A DNA stretch of 64,000 nt from positions 634,091 through 698,090 of the forward strand of contig NW_005434652.1 in NCBI RefSeq assembly GCF_000315625.1, read 5' to 3'. Made by a program: the position numbers and the translations under genes. This document shows positions 1 through 12,129 of this stretch, in pieces; positions within the stretch are counted from its first letter, which is position 1; every line of letters starts with the position of its first letter. The notes below the pieces were generated by a model. That model had not been told where the DNA came from, did no database searches, and worked only from the letters and a program-made list of their open reading frames with translations. Origin of the DNA: Guillardia theta CCMP2712. Taxonomy: Eukaryota; Protista; Cryptophyta.

Positions 1-247
1 TCTGCTCTGGTCTGCTCTCCTCTGCTCCCTCGCCTCCTCCCTTACTCTCCTTATCTTTTCCCTACGTTTCTTTCATCCTTCCTTTCCTCTTCTCTCCTCC
101 CCTCCCCTCCTCTTCTCCTCGCTCGATCCCTACCCTCTGCCCGAAACATATTTCGGCACGCGCGTAACGGATTTGATTGATTGCAACGGTTGTAACCGCC
201 AAGCACGCACGTGAAGAAAGCCATGCAGGCAAGCGATCTTATATTCC

Positions 248-337
248 ATCTACTTGACTTGTCTCATCTACTTGACTTGTCTCATCTACTTGACTTGTCT
301 TATCTACTTGACTTGTCTCATCTACTTGACTTGTCTT
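248..337. repeat. 18-bp minisatellite, 5 copies (ATCTACTTGACTTGTCTC/T)
   Basis: Five consecutive near-identical units read directly. Confidence 0.95.
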
Positions 338-666
338 ATATTCTATCAAAGCCAACATTATGACTTGAGTAAGTGTAAAGATGAGTGAGTGTGAAGCTTC
401 TATCTTGATATCCATCTCAATCTTTTTACGCGAGAGACACTCTGTGGCGGCACGATTGATGTGTGTCGACTCAATTTTTACTCTCGCAAGAGACGATGCG
501 CATATTGAGACTAGAACTGAATTGTAGTTTCTGTCTTAAAAATGTGCATGAAATCTTTCAGAACAATTTGCTGATTTTCTACCACTGATTTTTCTGCAGG
601 AGAACGTAGAATATGTTTATTGGTTCGATGACGGCTGCACGGATGAGCTCCGATTCACTTTATTTT

Positions 667-2509
667 TCATGTGCGATTTGAAATACAAATGTAACTCTCA
701 ATTCTTGATCGATTTCCCCTTTGTTGTATGTACAAGCAATCCACAATGATCAACTCCGCCTGCTGTCCCTGCACTCTTTTTCCAGGCCTGCGCGCACACA
801 TGAACAAATTGACGTCGGGTGAAAATCCCACCAGATGAATACGGGTCAGAAGACGAAGTCTCTCGAGATTCAAGAAGGTTTTCAACCTGTTCATGTGTCA
901 GGCTGCACGATAGCTAGTGTTGGCAGTCTCAGGACGACGCGAGTGTCTTTGAGCTGAATTGCAGAAATGGAAATGTAAACATTTGAAAACTCACAGAAAT
1001 GCATCGCCTTGAACCATTCTAAACAGTAACTGGCAGCCATATTCCAGGATCTGATGGGAGCAGTCAGAGTAAACGAATCAATATCAATGCACATGAGCTT
1101 CTTTGCCGTGTGCGCATCCTGACTTCTGATCATTGCTTCAATCAATATGTCAACGGAACTACACCATACGTGAATGCCCGAGATGGTAACCAAAACATCA
1201 CGTACTACTTGGTGTATTTTGGTGACCTCTGAGAGTCCTTTAAAGACTGGCATCCCTCAGCAGTGGCGCAAAGATTACAGAGAGCAGCAAGTGAGAACTG
1301 AAACCAGTCAGGATTCTTTCAAGCAAACAATAGCTTGCACCTCCCTGACGGCAGCGCTTTCCATGTGCAAAACGAGGTTGTCGAGCAACAGCCTTCCTGC
1401 ACCAGCCTTGGCACCAGCAATTGTACTGTTGAAAGAATCGAAGAAAAGCGCAGAGAGAGCTTGAGCTCCGGCCACAACTGCAGGTTCCTCCTTGTTGTGC
1501 TCGTGCGAACCCTGAGTGATCATCTCGATGGCTCTCAGATCCAAGAATTCCGATCTACGCTTGTTACTCTCTTCGGCTTCCACGACTCGCACGAGCGAGT
1601 TACAAGCTTCGGTGAACACCTTGCTGCTGTGAAAATGCTGGTGCATAATCTCCATCACGACCAGGGAGTCTCCACTGCGAATAGCAAGTTGCAAGTCCCA
1701 GTCCCAGTCGCTTCGCCCAGGGGCTGCAGGGATCACAACGTTCAGAGTCGAACCCCCCGCCGCTCCCTTAGGCACTTCGACCATGACATCGCCTAAGTTG
1801 AGAATCTTCAACCTGACATGCGAGTTGGTCAGAGTCTTCATGCATCCAAGCGAGAGGACCACCGGAAGCTCTGACCTTCGCTCAGCCCGGCAGGTACCAC
1901 TACTGCATGGTTTCTCTCTACTTGCCCCTGTCGCCCATACTTGAAATCTCCATCAGAAAGCAATACTTTTACCGAACCTGCCTGAGCGGAGATCCGGTTG
2001 ACAGGATACGATACTCGCGCAGCATGGTTCCCTTCATTAAGTTCAGAACGCGGAGAAACTGAAAGCATGCACAGAAACCATTTCCTGCAGAAACCCCGAC
2101 TTGTTACATTGCGGAAATTCTTTGTCCTCCGATCCATGCGAACCATTTGCGTCGTCAGCTGCTAACATCTTAGACCTGTGAATCAATGCTGCTTTTCGCT
2201 TTGTCTGCGATGACCCTTGACTTTATGTAGAGAGGCACAGCAACTAGCTGACCTGTACGCTAACGAGGTGGAATTGATACTCTTCTTGAAATGATCTCTT
2301 GAAATGATATCAGATGGGAGCGATTATCATCTTGAAGCAGATCAACCATCTTTGATTTGCCTTCTACGAGCCCATCACTATCGCGACCGTCTGGGCCAGG
2401 GCACGTGAGCGTCAATGGCTAGGAGAGCGAGTTCTCAGTTGCTAGCACCTTTCTCCGTCAGCGTCTGAGCCATGCAGGACATGGCCAACATCACCAGCAC
2501 CCGCTGCAT
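667..2509 (-). CDS. Multi-exon hypothetical protein with N-terminal signal peptide and ARM/HEAT-like helical region (3' end uncertain)
   Basis: ATG at 2509 gives MQRVLVMLAMSCMAQTLTEK followed by a GT donor. ORF pieces 1838-2146, 1308-1862 (helical; ...ACNSLVRVV...GAQALSALF...) and 891-1253 are separated by short introns. Confidence 0.55.
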
Positions 2510-2692
2510 CGCATATGCGCCTACTGCCACAAGCTCATGCTCTACGATGCTGAGAGCCTGCGGGCTCCCGGTCCTTTACTCAAAGTTAAGTTAAAAATCT
2601 TTACTCTACTACTCCAGGGTGGGTAGTAATTCATGGGGATGATAGGGGTACTAGTCTAGGGTGGGCTTGGAGGCCAAAACCGCACGTGTGCA

Positions 2693-5600
2693 ATGGCAAG
2701 TGGGACGAGGACGGCGACGCTGGTGAGTGAAAGAGAAGAGATGAGCTGCTTGAGCTCCATGTTGTCTCTGTCTTCCTCCTTGCTGCTCCTTTCTTGCAAG
2801 ATGTGGTTCACCGCATCGAACTCCTGCATGTTCTAGGACACAAGCCCCTCATGATGACCTCGTTGACGCTAGGTCGCGGTGCTCCTTTTTTGCCATCTGC
2901 AACCCGCGGGTACGAACGTCTCCATGCCTGCATGAAGTCTTGATATTTTCCTCTTCAGATGCTCACTCTGAATCCGGGGGGCCGAATGTCATGGCAGCGA
3001 GAGGACGAGGAGGAACGCGGGGGGGGCTGCGCGGTTCGGTCCGAGGGATGCGCGGCTTGAGGGGGGGGCCGCCGAAGGGGGAGGTCGGGATGACAAGAGG
3101 ATCTTCATGATTGTAATACTGACATGTGCTTGATAGATCCATGCTCAACCAGCGCCCAAGAAAACCGCCGAGCCAGCAGTCTCACAGAAGGTGGAAGCCT
3201 CGTTGATAGACCAGGTTGCCTCCATTTCACTTCACAAAGAAAAGCCGTCAGGTCTTGGAGCATCTTGTACTTCTTCTCGCCTCACACGCTGCAGACTCCA
3301 AGACTGAGCCTTGTCCTGACCTCGTCGAGAAGATCATCTCATGCACGCGTCCCGAAGAAAAGCAGCCGCTCATCGACGGGTACGTGGAGACGTTGCGACG
3401 TGAGGGGCTCGGAGTCCTATCCAAGGATGGAGCGCTGGACGTCTTGAAGGCTGCTCTTGATGAAGGTGCGAGGAGAGAAAGGCCCCGGTGCTCCCCCTTA
3501 TGAAGTGAAGCAGGAGGGAAGGTAGGAGCTCGCAGGCAGGCTGCCCTTGAGCTCGTCTCAGCCATCGTCAAGGCTTTTGGAGGAGCTGCGAGTGAGTGTC
3601 TCATCAAGTCACAAGAGCCGTCTCCTTCCTCTGACCTTGTTCTAGATGCCTGGATGTTTCCACTCCTTGACCTCGTCATCGACAGCATAGGCCATAAGGT
3701 CTCCGCCGTCAGCAGCCTGGGGCTGGAGGCATCGAAGCTCATTGTGGATGGGACTCATCCAGAGTCCTTCCGCCTCGTCCTGCCCTTCTTGACAAGAGCC
3801 TGCCAGCATGACAAAGCCAAGGTGAAGCTGTTCGGCATGTCGACCATCAGCGAGCTCGCGGAAGGAAGGTGCTCTACTCAAGTCGCAAACGACTTGTACG
3901 AGCTAGTCCCACTCCTCACGGTGAACATGTGGGATTGCAAGGACGAGGTGGTGGAGGCAGCAAGGCGATGCCTCGAAGTCTGCTGCGTTGCGGCCAACAA
4001 TCGTGACCTCAAGCCGTTCATCCCCAAGCTCATCAACTGCGTCCTGCACCCCGAAAACGTTCCTGAGTGCGTTCATCAACTTGCTGCGACCGTCTTTGTG
4101 CAGGAGATCAAGTCCCCGGCTCTCGCCGTCACTGTCCCTCTGCTCGAGCGAGGCCTCAACGAAAGAGACACCGTGATCCGCCGCAAGGCGTGCACCATCG
4201 TCGAGAACATGTGCAAGATGATCGACCATCCCGAGGAGGCGATCGCCTTCATGCCCAAGATCAAGCCCATGGTGAGCAGGGCGGCGGAGGAGATTCCAGA
4301 CCCTGAGGCTCGCGGAGTCGCCGGCAAGACTCTCAAGACGCTCCTTGGCATCGAAGAGGCGGCGATCGAGTCGCGGCAGCTGAACCCGGAGGCTGTCTTG
4401 GAGATCTGGGGGTCTGTGTTCCCAGCTACTGATCCTTCTGAGAAGAAGTTGGGGTACGAGGAGGCAGTCGCGCACGTGTGCAAAGTGTGCTCTAGTCTGA
4501 TCACCGATCGCAACTTCGAACACGCGACGTGGCGGGAGGTGCTCGAGGAGCACATGAAGCCCTTCGCTCCCATAGCCCAGGAGGCGAGCGATCAGCTAAG
4601 AGACCTGTGCTACCGCGAGTCGCGACCCAAGGTGGCGGAGGAAGACTGGGACGAGGAAGGCGAGGATCTCTGTAACATCGAGTTCTCGCTGGGCTATGGC
4701 GCAATGATGCTGCTGACCAACACGCGGCTGCACATGAAGCGTGGGAAAAGGTACGGCTTGTGTGGGCCCAATGGATGCGGCAAGTCGACACTCATGCGGG
4801 CGATTGTGAACGGGCAGGTTGACGGGTTTCCTCCTCCCGATAAGCTGCGGACGGTGTATGTGGAGCATGACATTCAGGGGGCAGACGTGTCGAGCTGTGT
4901 CATCGATTTCGTGCTGTCGGACCCGCGGCTGAAGGAGGAGTCGCGGGATGAAGTGACTCGCGTCCTCAAGAGCGTTGGTTTCACCGACGAGCTCTTAGCC
5001 AAGTCCATCCAGGCGCTCAGCGGAGGATGGAAGATGAAAGTAGCGCTTGCTCGGGCGATGCTGCTCAAGGCGGACATCCTGCTGCTCGACGAGCCCACGA
5101 ACCATCTGGACAAGAACAACGTGCAGTGGTTGGAGGAGTACCTGACGTCGCTGCATAACGTGACGTCGATGGTAGTGAGTCACGACTCGCGATTCCTCGA
5201 TCGTATCTGCACGCACATCACGCACTTTGAGAAGAATCGCAAGCTCAAGACCTACCGGGGGAACCTTGCGGAGTTTGTGCGGCAGAAGCCCGAGGCGAAG
5301 GCGTACTATGAGCTGGCGAGTGAGGAGGTGACATTCACCCTGCCGGAGCCAGGGTTCCTAGAAGGCGTCAAATCCAAGGGCAAGGCCATCCTCAAGATGT
5401 CGGACGTATCGTTCGCCTACCCCGGCAGCTCCAAGCCAACGGTGTCGAAGATCAGCCTACAAGCGTCGTTGCTGTCAAGGGTGGCTGTCGTGGGCCCTAA
5501 CGGGGCAGGCAAGTCGACGATCATCAAGCTGCTGACAGGGGAGCTGAAGCCTGACAGCGGGACCGTGTGGAAGCATCCCAACATGCGCATCGCCTACGTT

Positions 5601-6500
5601 GCACAGCACGCGTTCCACCATCTCGAGAAGCACCTGGACAAGACGCCGAATGAGTACATCCAGTGGCGCTACGCGGGAGGGGAGGACAAGGAGTCGCTGA
5701 CAAAGGAAGGCAAAAAGGTGACGGAAGAGGAGGAGGAGCAGATGAAAAAAGTGCAGATGATCTGGACTGATGATGGAAACGTGGAGAAGCGAGTAGTGGA
5801 AGAGATAATGGGGAGGAGGAAACTCAAAGGAGGCTACGAGTACGAGGTCAAGTGGGTTGGGTTGCAGTCGGACAAGAACTCGTGGCTCGAACGGGAGAAG
5901 CTTGTCGAGATGGGCTTCACCAAGATGCTCAACCGTGTCGACGAGCGCGAGGCCCTGCGACTCGGAACGTCGGGAAAGGCACTGACTGCCAAGAACGTGG
6001 AGGATGTGCTGGGAAAGATGGGGCTGGAAGCTGAATTTGCGACTCACAACAGGATCCGAGGGCTGTCGGGAGGACAGAAGGTCAAGGTGGTGCTGGCAGC
6101 GGCAATGTGGGAGGACCCGCACATCCTGGTGCTAGACGAGCCGACGAACTACCTCGACCGCGACTCGCTCGGGGCCCTGGCGACGGCGATGAAGACGTAC
6201 GGAGGCGGAGTGATAATGATCAGCCACAACCATGAGTTCACGCGGGAGGTGTGCACAGAGACGTGGATATGTGAGGAGGGGCGACTGAAACGCGAAGGGA
6301 AGAGCTTCACTGACGACGTCAAGATAGTCGCGCCCACCAACAGCTTGTTCACGGGAGAGAAGAAAGAGGTGAAGGACTCGTACGGGAACACCATTCAAGT
6401 TGAGAACCAAGTGAAGCTGACGGGGAAGGACCTCAAGAAGTACAAGAAGATGAAGGAAGCGAGGAAGAAGCGAGGAGAGGACGTCAGCGACTCCGAGTGA
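2693..6500 (+). CDS. eEF3: Translation elongation factor 3 (eEF3; HEAT + two ABC-F ATPase domains with chromodomain insert), with spliced N-terminal targeting extension
   Basis: Walker A motifs GPNGCGKST and GPNGAGKST, signatures LSGGWKMK and LSGGQKVK, LLLDEPTNHLD and LVLDEPTNYLD. eEF3-typical FSLGYGAMMLL, IAYVAQHAFHHLEKHL, chromodomain YEYEVKW and basic C-tail KKRGEDVSDSE. 5' exons at 2693-2722, 2873-2909, 2959-3083 and from 3137, then a long terminal exon to the stop at 6500. Confidence 0.95.
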
Positions 6501-6545
6501 TCTGCCTCTCCTTCGCGCTGTCTGTACCATCACCATGTCATATTC

Positions 6546-8694
6546 CTAACCTTGCCGTCTTGTTAAAACGCCACCATGCTGTAGCCCTACCACACCTGCT
6601 CGCTCGTTCCATCCTTCTCCTCTCGTCTCTCCTGCGCATCCCATTCTCTTTCTCATCTTCGCCCTCTCAGGCTCTTCCATCTTTTCCTGCACTGCAGGCG
6701 CAGCAGCAGCAGCAGCAGCAGCAGCCAGAGAAGAAGATGCAATCGCTCCCACAGCGGCCCGTCCTGTCCGGCAAGCTTTGCGATCGCTCCCTCCTCCTCA
6801 CCTGAGCTAGATTGGCCGTGAGCTCTTTCAGCGGTCGGGAGTGACATCAGTTTGGAGAAGACAAGCGAGCAGTCTTCTCGGAAGGCATCGTCCAGGCACA
6901 CGCATCTTCCTTGCAGCAAGCATAAGTTGCTGGGGCTGCAGCCACGTGGACAGGAAGAGAGGGGTTCTAAGCTGCCGCAGCGAAGGCCTAGGAGGGACCC
7001 CGAGCAGGAACATCGTCCTGCCTCAAAAGTTGAGCAGCAGCACACGCAAGCAGCAGATGCACCGCTCGTCCTGTTGCAAATTCCTCTCCATCCGCAGCTG
7101 CCGGGACAATCCCTTGCACTGAGTTGTGGATTGAGCATAGCCAGGTTTCCTATCACCACTTCCCCACCTGGTGCAAGAGCCGTTGCAAGCTGCCGGCATG
7201 AGCTCGCAAGCGATTCCCGAGAAGTTTCCATAGCATGCGCATCGCCCTGTCTGCGGGTTGCAGTCTCCTACTCATACAGTCAATGTCTTCCTCCTTGCTG
7301 TTCTCGTACCATGTCCACTGCACGGGCTGACGTGTCCTCCGGGGCACACACGGCTGCAGGTCCTGCCCTTCCTCCTGCCTGTCAGTCTCCGCAACTCAAG
7401 TTCTCGACGTATCTCACGCACCCAGAAGCCGCTCCTCTCGTTGCAGCGGCAGCGTCCCCGCTCGCACTTGCCACGAGCACAAGGAGGTTCACAACGATGA
7501 AGCCACGGCCTGTCAGACAATGAGAAGCAGGCGAGGAGAGAGCAGAGTTCGCACTCCCAAGTTGAGCCCGTGCACTGATGGTCCCAAAAAAACTCGAAAG
7601 TTGTGCCGTTTGCTTCTGCACTTGGCTGCAGCACTTTGATCTGAGCCTAGGAATCAGCTGGAAGAGAGAGAGGAGCACGAGACCTCCCATCGCACCCTCG
7701 CCATTCCCTCCTCCTTGCAGTGAGAACGGATGTGAAAGACGTCTACCGCCGGAGTCAGCCACCCTGAAGATGAGGAGGCAATCAACATTGAGCATGTGGG
7801 GATAAGTTTGAACACTCGCCAGAGCTCGGGAGGGTGAGAATGGGGTCGAGAGCCTGGATGAGATGAGAAGAGCAGCTGATCGACATCGAGCATACCGAAG
7901 AACTTGAGGAGATGGTCATGGAATACTCTACATCTTCCAAACGCAATGAAACAAGTGAAGGAACTTTGACCTGAAACTCTCACCTTGAGACTCTGTCCAC
8001 CACATGCACTCCATCTCTTGATGGGCTTGCTTCTTGCGAGGCAGCATGCTTAGATCCTGCGAGTAGGCTCAACCATGGCACTTGCTCGCACAGATGTCAG
8101 ACTTGAAGGGAGGTGACTTTTCCCTGGCGGATCAAACTTTGCTGCTGCAAGCGACCACATCGTAGATTTATGGCGGGAACCAAAGAATTTGACGAGGACC
8201 AGCGGGAGGAGGAGAATTGGAGGAGAGACGACGAGCAGTCATCTCCCGTGTATCCGTCATGGCAGTCGCAAGAGGCAGTGAGAGGGTCACAACGCCCTTG
8301 GAGCAACGTCATCGCGAGGGTGCACAAGGAGGCGGCAGACCATGGCCGCTGCAAGGCTTTCCGTGACCTCCGGGACAATCGCGACTGCAGTCAACGCCTG
8401 GAGACATCTCATCTGCATTCCTCCTCCTCCTCCTCCTCCTCCTCCTCCTCCTCCTCCTCCTCCTCCTCTCGCACCTCCATAGCCAGCCCAGCACGCACAT
8501 CTCCCGTCTGCCGGGTTGCAGCTGCCGCGCAGCGAGCATGGTGCAGCTTGTCCTCCAGGGCAGACGTGCTGACAGTCGGGGCCATAAAAGCCATGCGCAC
8601 ACACGCATACAAGACCGCCGCAGCGACCATGCCCCGAACACCCGCCGCTGCAACCCACCATGACCAAGCGAATTTGACCTTTTTTTAAAACCAT
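6546..8694 (-). CDS. Multi-exon tenascin/laminin-type EGF-repeat protein
   Basis: Repeated CSGHGRC..C.C..G..G.DC motifs in several frames (CPGGQAAPCSLRGSCNPADGRCAC, CDPLTASCDCHDGYTGDDC, CPGSCGWRGIC, CPRGCSPSNLC). Both ends are approximate. Confidence 0.75.
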
Positions 8695-8739
8695 GGCGCA
8701 GAGGGACAGGAGGGAGAAAGTAGAGCGAGGAGGTCATAA

Positions 8740-8960
8740 AGATAATCATCATGGTGATGGTGATGGTGGTGATGATGATGATGATGATGATGATGATGGC
8801 AATGATGATAATCATGTCAACGAGGATCATGAAATTCAAAATCATGAAGATGATGATCATCATCATGATCATCATGCTCATGATGGAGCGGAGTTGAAAT
8901 GTTCTTGATCGTAAGTAGGATGATAGCAATGACGAGGATGATCGTAGTTGTGAGAATAAA
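8740..8960. repeat. (GAT/CAT)n-rich degenerate microsatellite
   Basis: Direct reading; long GAT run at about 8770-8800. Confidence 0.85.
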
Positions 8961-11824
8961 GTTGGAGGAATATGGCTGAGATCGATAAATAAGAACAAGA
9001 AGATCAAGAGTGGAAAGAACTTGAAGTATTGCTGATCTTGACACCGGTGTGATGCTGGTGATGCGAAGGGCCAGAACGGTTGAAATTTTGTTGTGAAATT
9101 TCTCACTTGTTTTCATTCGCGAAAATTGTGACAGCAAGGAAAATCATACAAAAGCCAAGCATTGATCACTGCACTAAGCTGTGCGTAAGATATGTCCACA
9201 GTAAATGTTTAAAACTATCATGCGAACGTAGTCCATAGTCTATACAACAAACTGTCTGTCAGCAAACAAACTGGAATCAAGTGGAAAAGATACTGGTAAT
9301 GTAGCTGATTGATCTTCTTTAAAGACTTGTCGTATATAACTCGATTCTTCATATGCTGGCGAGGCATCATGTAAGTTCAGTTGCTATCACCCTCAAACTC
9401 AACATACATCACAGTGTCCGTGGTTGAAAATCTTGTTCCAGCAGCTTTCAGTCCAAGGCATTACCGGACACCAAAATCAAGTCAATGGATGCGATGATTG
9501 AATATGACATGACTGCTAAGAATAGAGAGGCAAAATCACACAAAGAAACGAGGCAACCGGAAAACGTGATACATCATGCTCACACTAGCATATGATCCAT
9601 CATCCTCACAGTGATATGATCCATCATTCGGCCATGTTGCATGTTTCGCGTCTTTTCTTTCACCTTCCAGTCGCGTCCGCGTCTCTTCCGCTCCTTCCGC
9701 CCACCTCGCCGAGCATTCCGAACATCAGAAATAGATCCGTTACTCTCTAGCAACAGACTCATTGCAGCCGTTATTTATAAACCGCCGGGCCTGACGGCGA
9801 GTCACTCAGCGGCCGGGACTCAGTCCTCGGACTCGCCGGGCCCGAGGCATCCGATCCGAGCCATCCGACGGCGATCCGAGGTCGTGTGTTTGAGCCGCGT
9901 TTGTTGCTGTGTTCCGTAATGACGGAACACAAGTTTGTAGCAATGCCCACGGACCCGACCGATGCCGGGGAGGAAGCAGGCGAGCTCGGACCAGCAGCAA
10001 GCACCCCAGTAGTATTAAGTTCCAGTGGTGTCGAGCTCTCCGGAGGCACCCGACGTCACAGTGAGGGACGGAGACGCCTCGCCAGCTCCGCGCCGGTCGT
10101 CGGCGCCACTCGAAGTGTTTCCCCAATCGGAGTCGGAGACCGTCTCCTCGGGCGACTCGACAAACGGTCCGACGGTCCGAGGAGGAGCTGTCCTCTGAAG
10201 TGCTTGCGCCCGCAAGGGCGTCATGCGCCCGTCTCAGCAGCAGGGCCGTCATCAGGCACGAAGTGCCGACCAAACGCCGCATCCTCACACTGGAGGATCA
10301 ACTTGCCAATCTACTGGGGTTGCTCCCCAACCTTTTTGCTTTGTTTTGCTTGAGGCACTTTTTACCTTCTGCCGTCGAGAACGAGGATCCCCGACTGTAT
10401 CGATGACGCTCTGAAGACCAGCTTCGTTCAGCATCGACCGAATCGTACGAGTAAGGTAAAAAAAAAAAAAATACAATGGATTTACTGGCAGAAGGTAAAA
10501 AGTGCCTCAAGCAAAACAAAGCAGGAACAAGCTAAACCTCCTGGCACACAGCGCACAGCGAGAAGCTGCACAATCACACACAAAACACAAGCCCGAAAAG
10601 AACCAGCACTGCTGGCACCCAGACGCGGCAGCGCCAGCCCAAGCGCGAAGCCGCGCAGACAAGCAGCCTATTTTATTCCTCCTGCATGCTCCTGCTACTT
10701 GTTGCTTGATTGCTTGACCCTTCCCTTAGACGCGGTGACCCGGAGGCAGCCGACTGACCACTGTCAGTCGAGACGTCCGCTGCCGCCACAAAGCGGGCGG
10801 GCCGCGGACGGAGAAAGGGCAGCCGCCGACAAGGAGCCGGCGTCGCCCGGGGGTCCGCCTGGGGCAGCGGACGGAGGGAGGCTGGACACAGGAACACGGT
10901 ACCGCTCGAGGTAGTCCTCCTCGCTAGCCTCCGAGTCAGCGGTAGCCGAGTCAGCGGGACTCGGGAGCCGCCCGTGACGGCGGCGACGCCGCAGCAATGC
11001 CCAAGGACCGGCGTGACCCGACCGATGCCGGGGAGGAAGCAGGCGAGCTCGGACCAGCAGCAAGCACCCCAGTGGTGTCGAGCTCTCCGGAGGCACCCGA
11101 CGTCTCTGCGCGTCTAAGGGATGTTATTCCTCCTGCATGCTCCTGCTGCTTGTTGCTTGATTGCTTGACCCTTAGGCTGCTTGTCTGCGCGGCTTCTCGC
11201 TTGGGCTGGCGATGCCGCGTCTGGGTGCCAGCAGTGCTGGTTCTTTTCGGGCTTGTGTTTTGTGTGTGTTTGTGCCGCTTCTCGCTGTGGACTGTGTACC
11301 TGCCGGTTCAGCTTGTTCCTGCTTTGTTTTGCTTGAGGCACTTTTTATCTTCTGCCAGTAAATCCTATATCTCACAGAGTGAGGGACGGAGACGCCTCGC
11401 CAGCTCCGCGCCGATCGTCGGCGCCACTCTGGATGTTTCCCCCATCGTCAGGAGTCTGAGCCTGCTCCTCTTCCGCGACCTACGCTGTCCCTCACCTCTG
11501 CGAGCGAGCGCCAAAGACAGTTGGCGATTCATCAGTTCACTGCGGGTGACCTTCATCGGGCGGTACGGACAGGGATGAACGCTCGAGGAGGAGTAGTCAT
11601 GGCATATGCAGCGCGATGTTTGCGAATCTTCTCAGACGCTGCAACATGGAGGGCGTCGAGGTTGACCTCCCCCACTTGGTCAGGTCGGCAGAGCTACCAA
11701 TGTAAGGGTGGACCAACGTCACGTCCGCCATCAAGCCCTCGTACTGCTCGGACCCTCGATCGCGGATTCCAGGGATGTGGATATCGCCCTTCATCTTGCG
11801 GCCATGAGGATGGGAGGGTAGATA

Positions 11825-12111
11825 TAGGATTTACTGGCAGAAGATAAAAAGTGCCTCAAGCAAAACAAAGCAGGAACAAGCTGAACCGGCAGGTACACAG
11901 TCCACAGCGAGAAGCTGCACAATCACACACAAAACACAAGCCCGAAAAGAACCAGCACTGCTGGCACCCAGACGCGGCATCGCCAGCCCAAGCGCGAAGC
12001 CGCGCAGACAAGCAGCCTAAGGCTCAGGCAATCAAGCAACAAGCAGCAGGAGCATGCAGGAGGAATAAAATCCCTTAGACGCGATACCCGGAGGCAGCCG
12101 ACTGACCACTG
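11825..12111 (-). repeat. Retroelement ORF C-terminus + 3' UTR module (ends ...CTGCCAGTAAATCCTAT); other copies start at ~10478, 13622, 14861, with inverted copies at 10336-10372 and 11110-11369
   Basis: Near-identical sequence GGATTTACTGGCAGAAG(G)TAAAAAGTGCCTCAAGCAAAACAAAGCAGG... is seen 6 times. It follows the stop of ...SKGFYSSCMLLLLVA*. Confidence 0.85.
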
Positions 12112-12129
12112 TTTTGACCAGCACTTCCT

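Noticed and set aside
3654-6500. Viral origin of eEF3 (long intronless exon; some algal viruses encode eEF3)
   Set aside because: The 5' part has normal host introns, there are no neighbouring viral genes, and other long exons occur in the window; only a phylogeny could revive this.
3903-6536. Several long minus-strand ORFs over eEF3
   Set aside because: Antisense shadows of a GC-rich coding exon with no motifs.
8309-9106. 265-aa ORF with poly-Ile and poly-Arg, and the poly-Gly/Glu/Ser ORFs nearby
   Set aside because: Products of (ATC)n and intronic (GGA)n microsatellites.
10478-10670. Repeated module as a spliced-leader or snRNA gene (a typical CRE target)
   Set aside because: No recognisable U snRNA or SL sequence; it directly follows the element ORF stop, so a 3' UTR is simpler.
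11851-12078. Repeated small ORF MPQAKQSRNKLN... (also 10502, 11114, 13587, 14761)
   Set aside because: It starts at GTG and is the antisense reading of the retroelement 3' UTR module.
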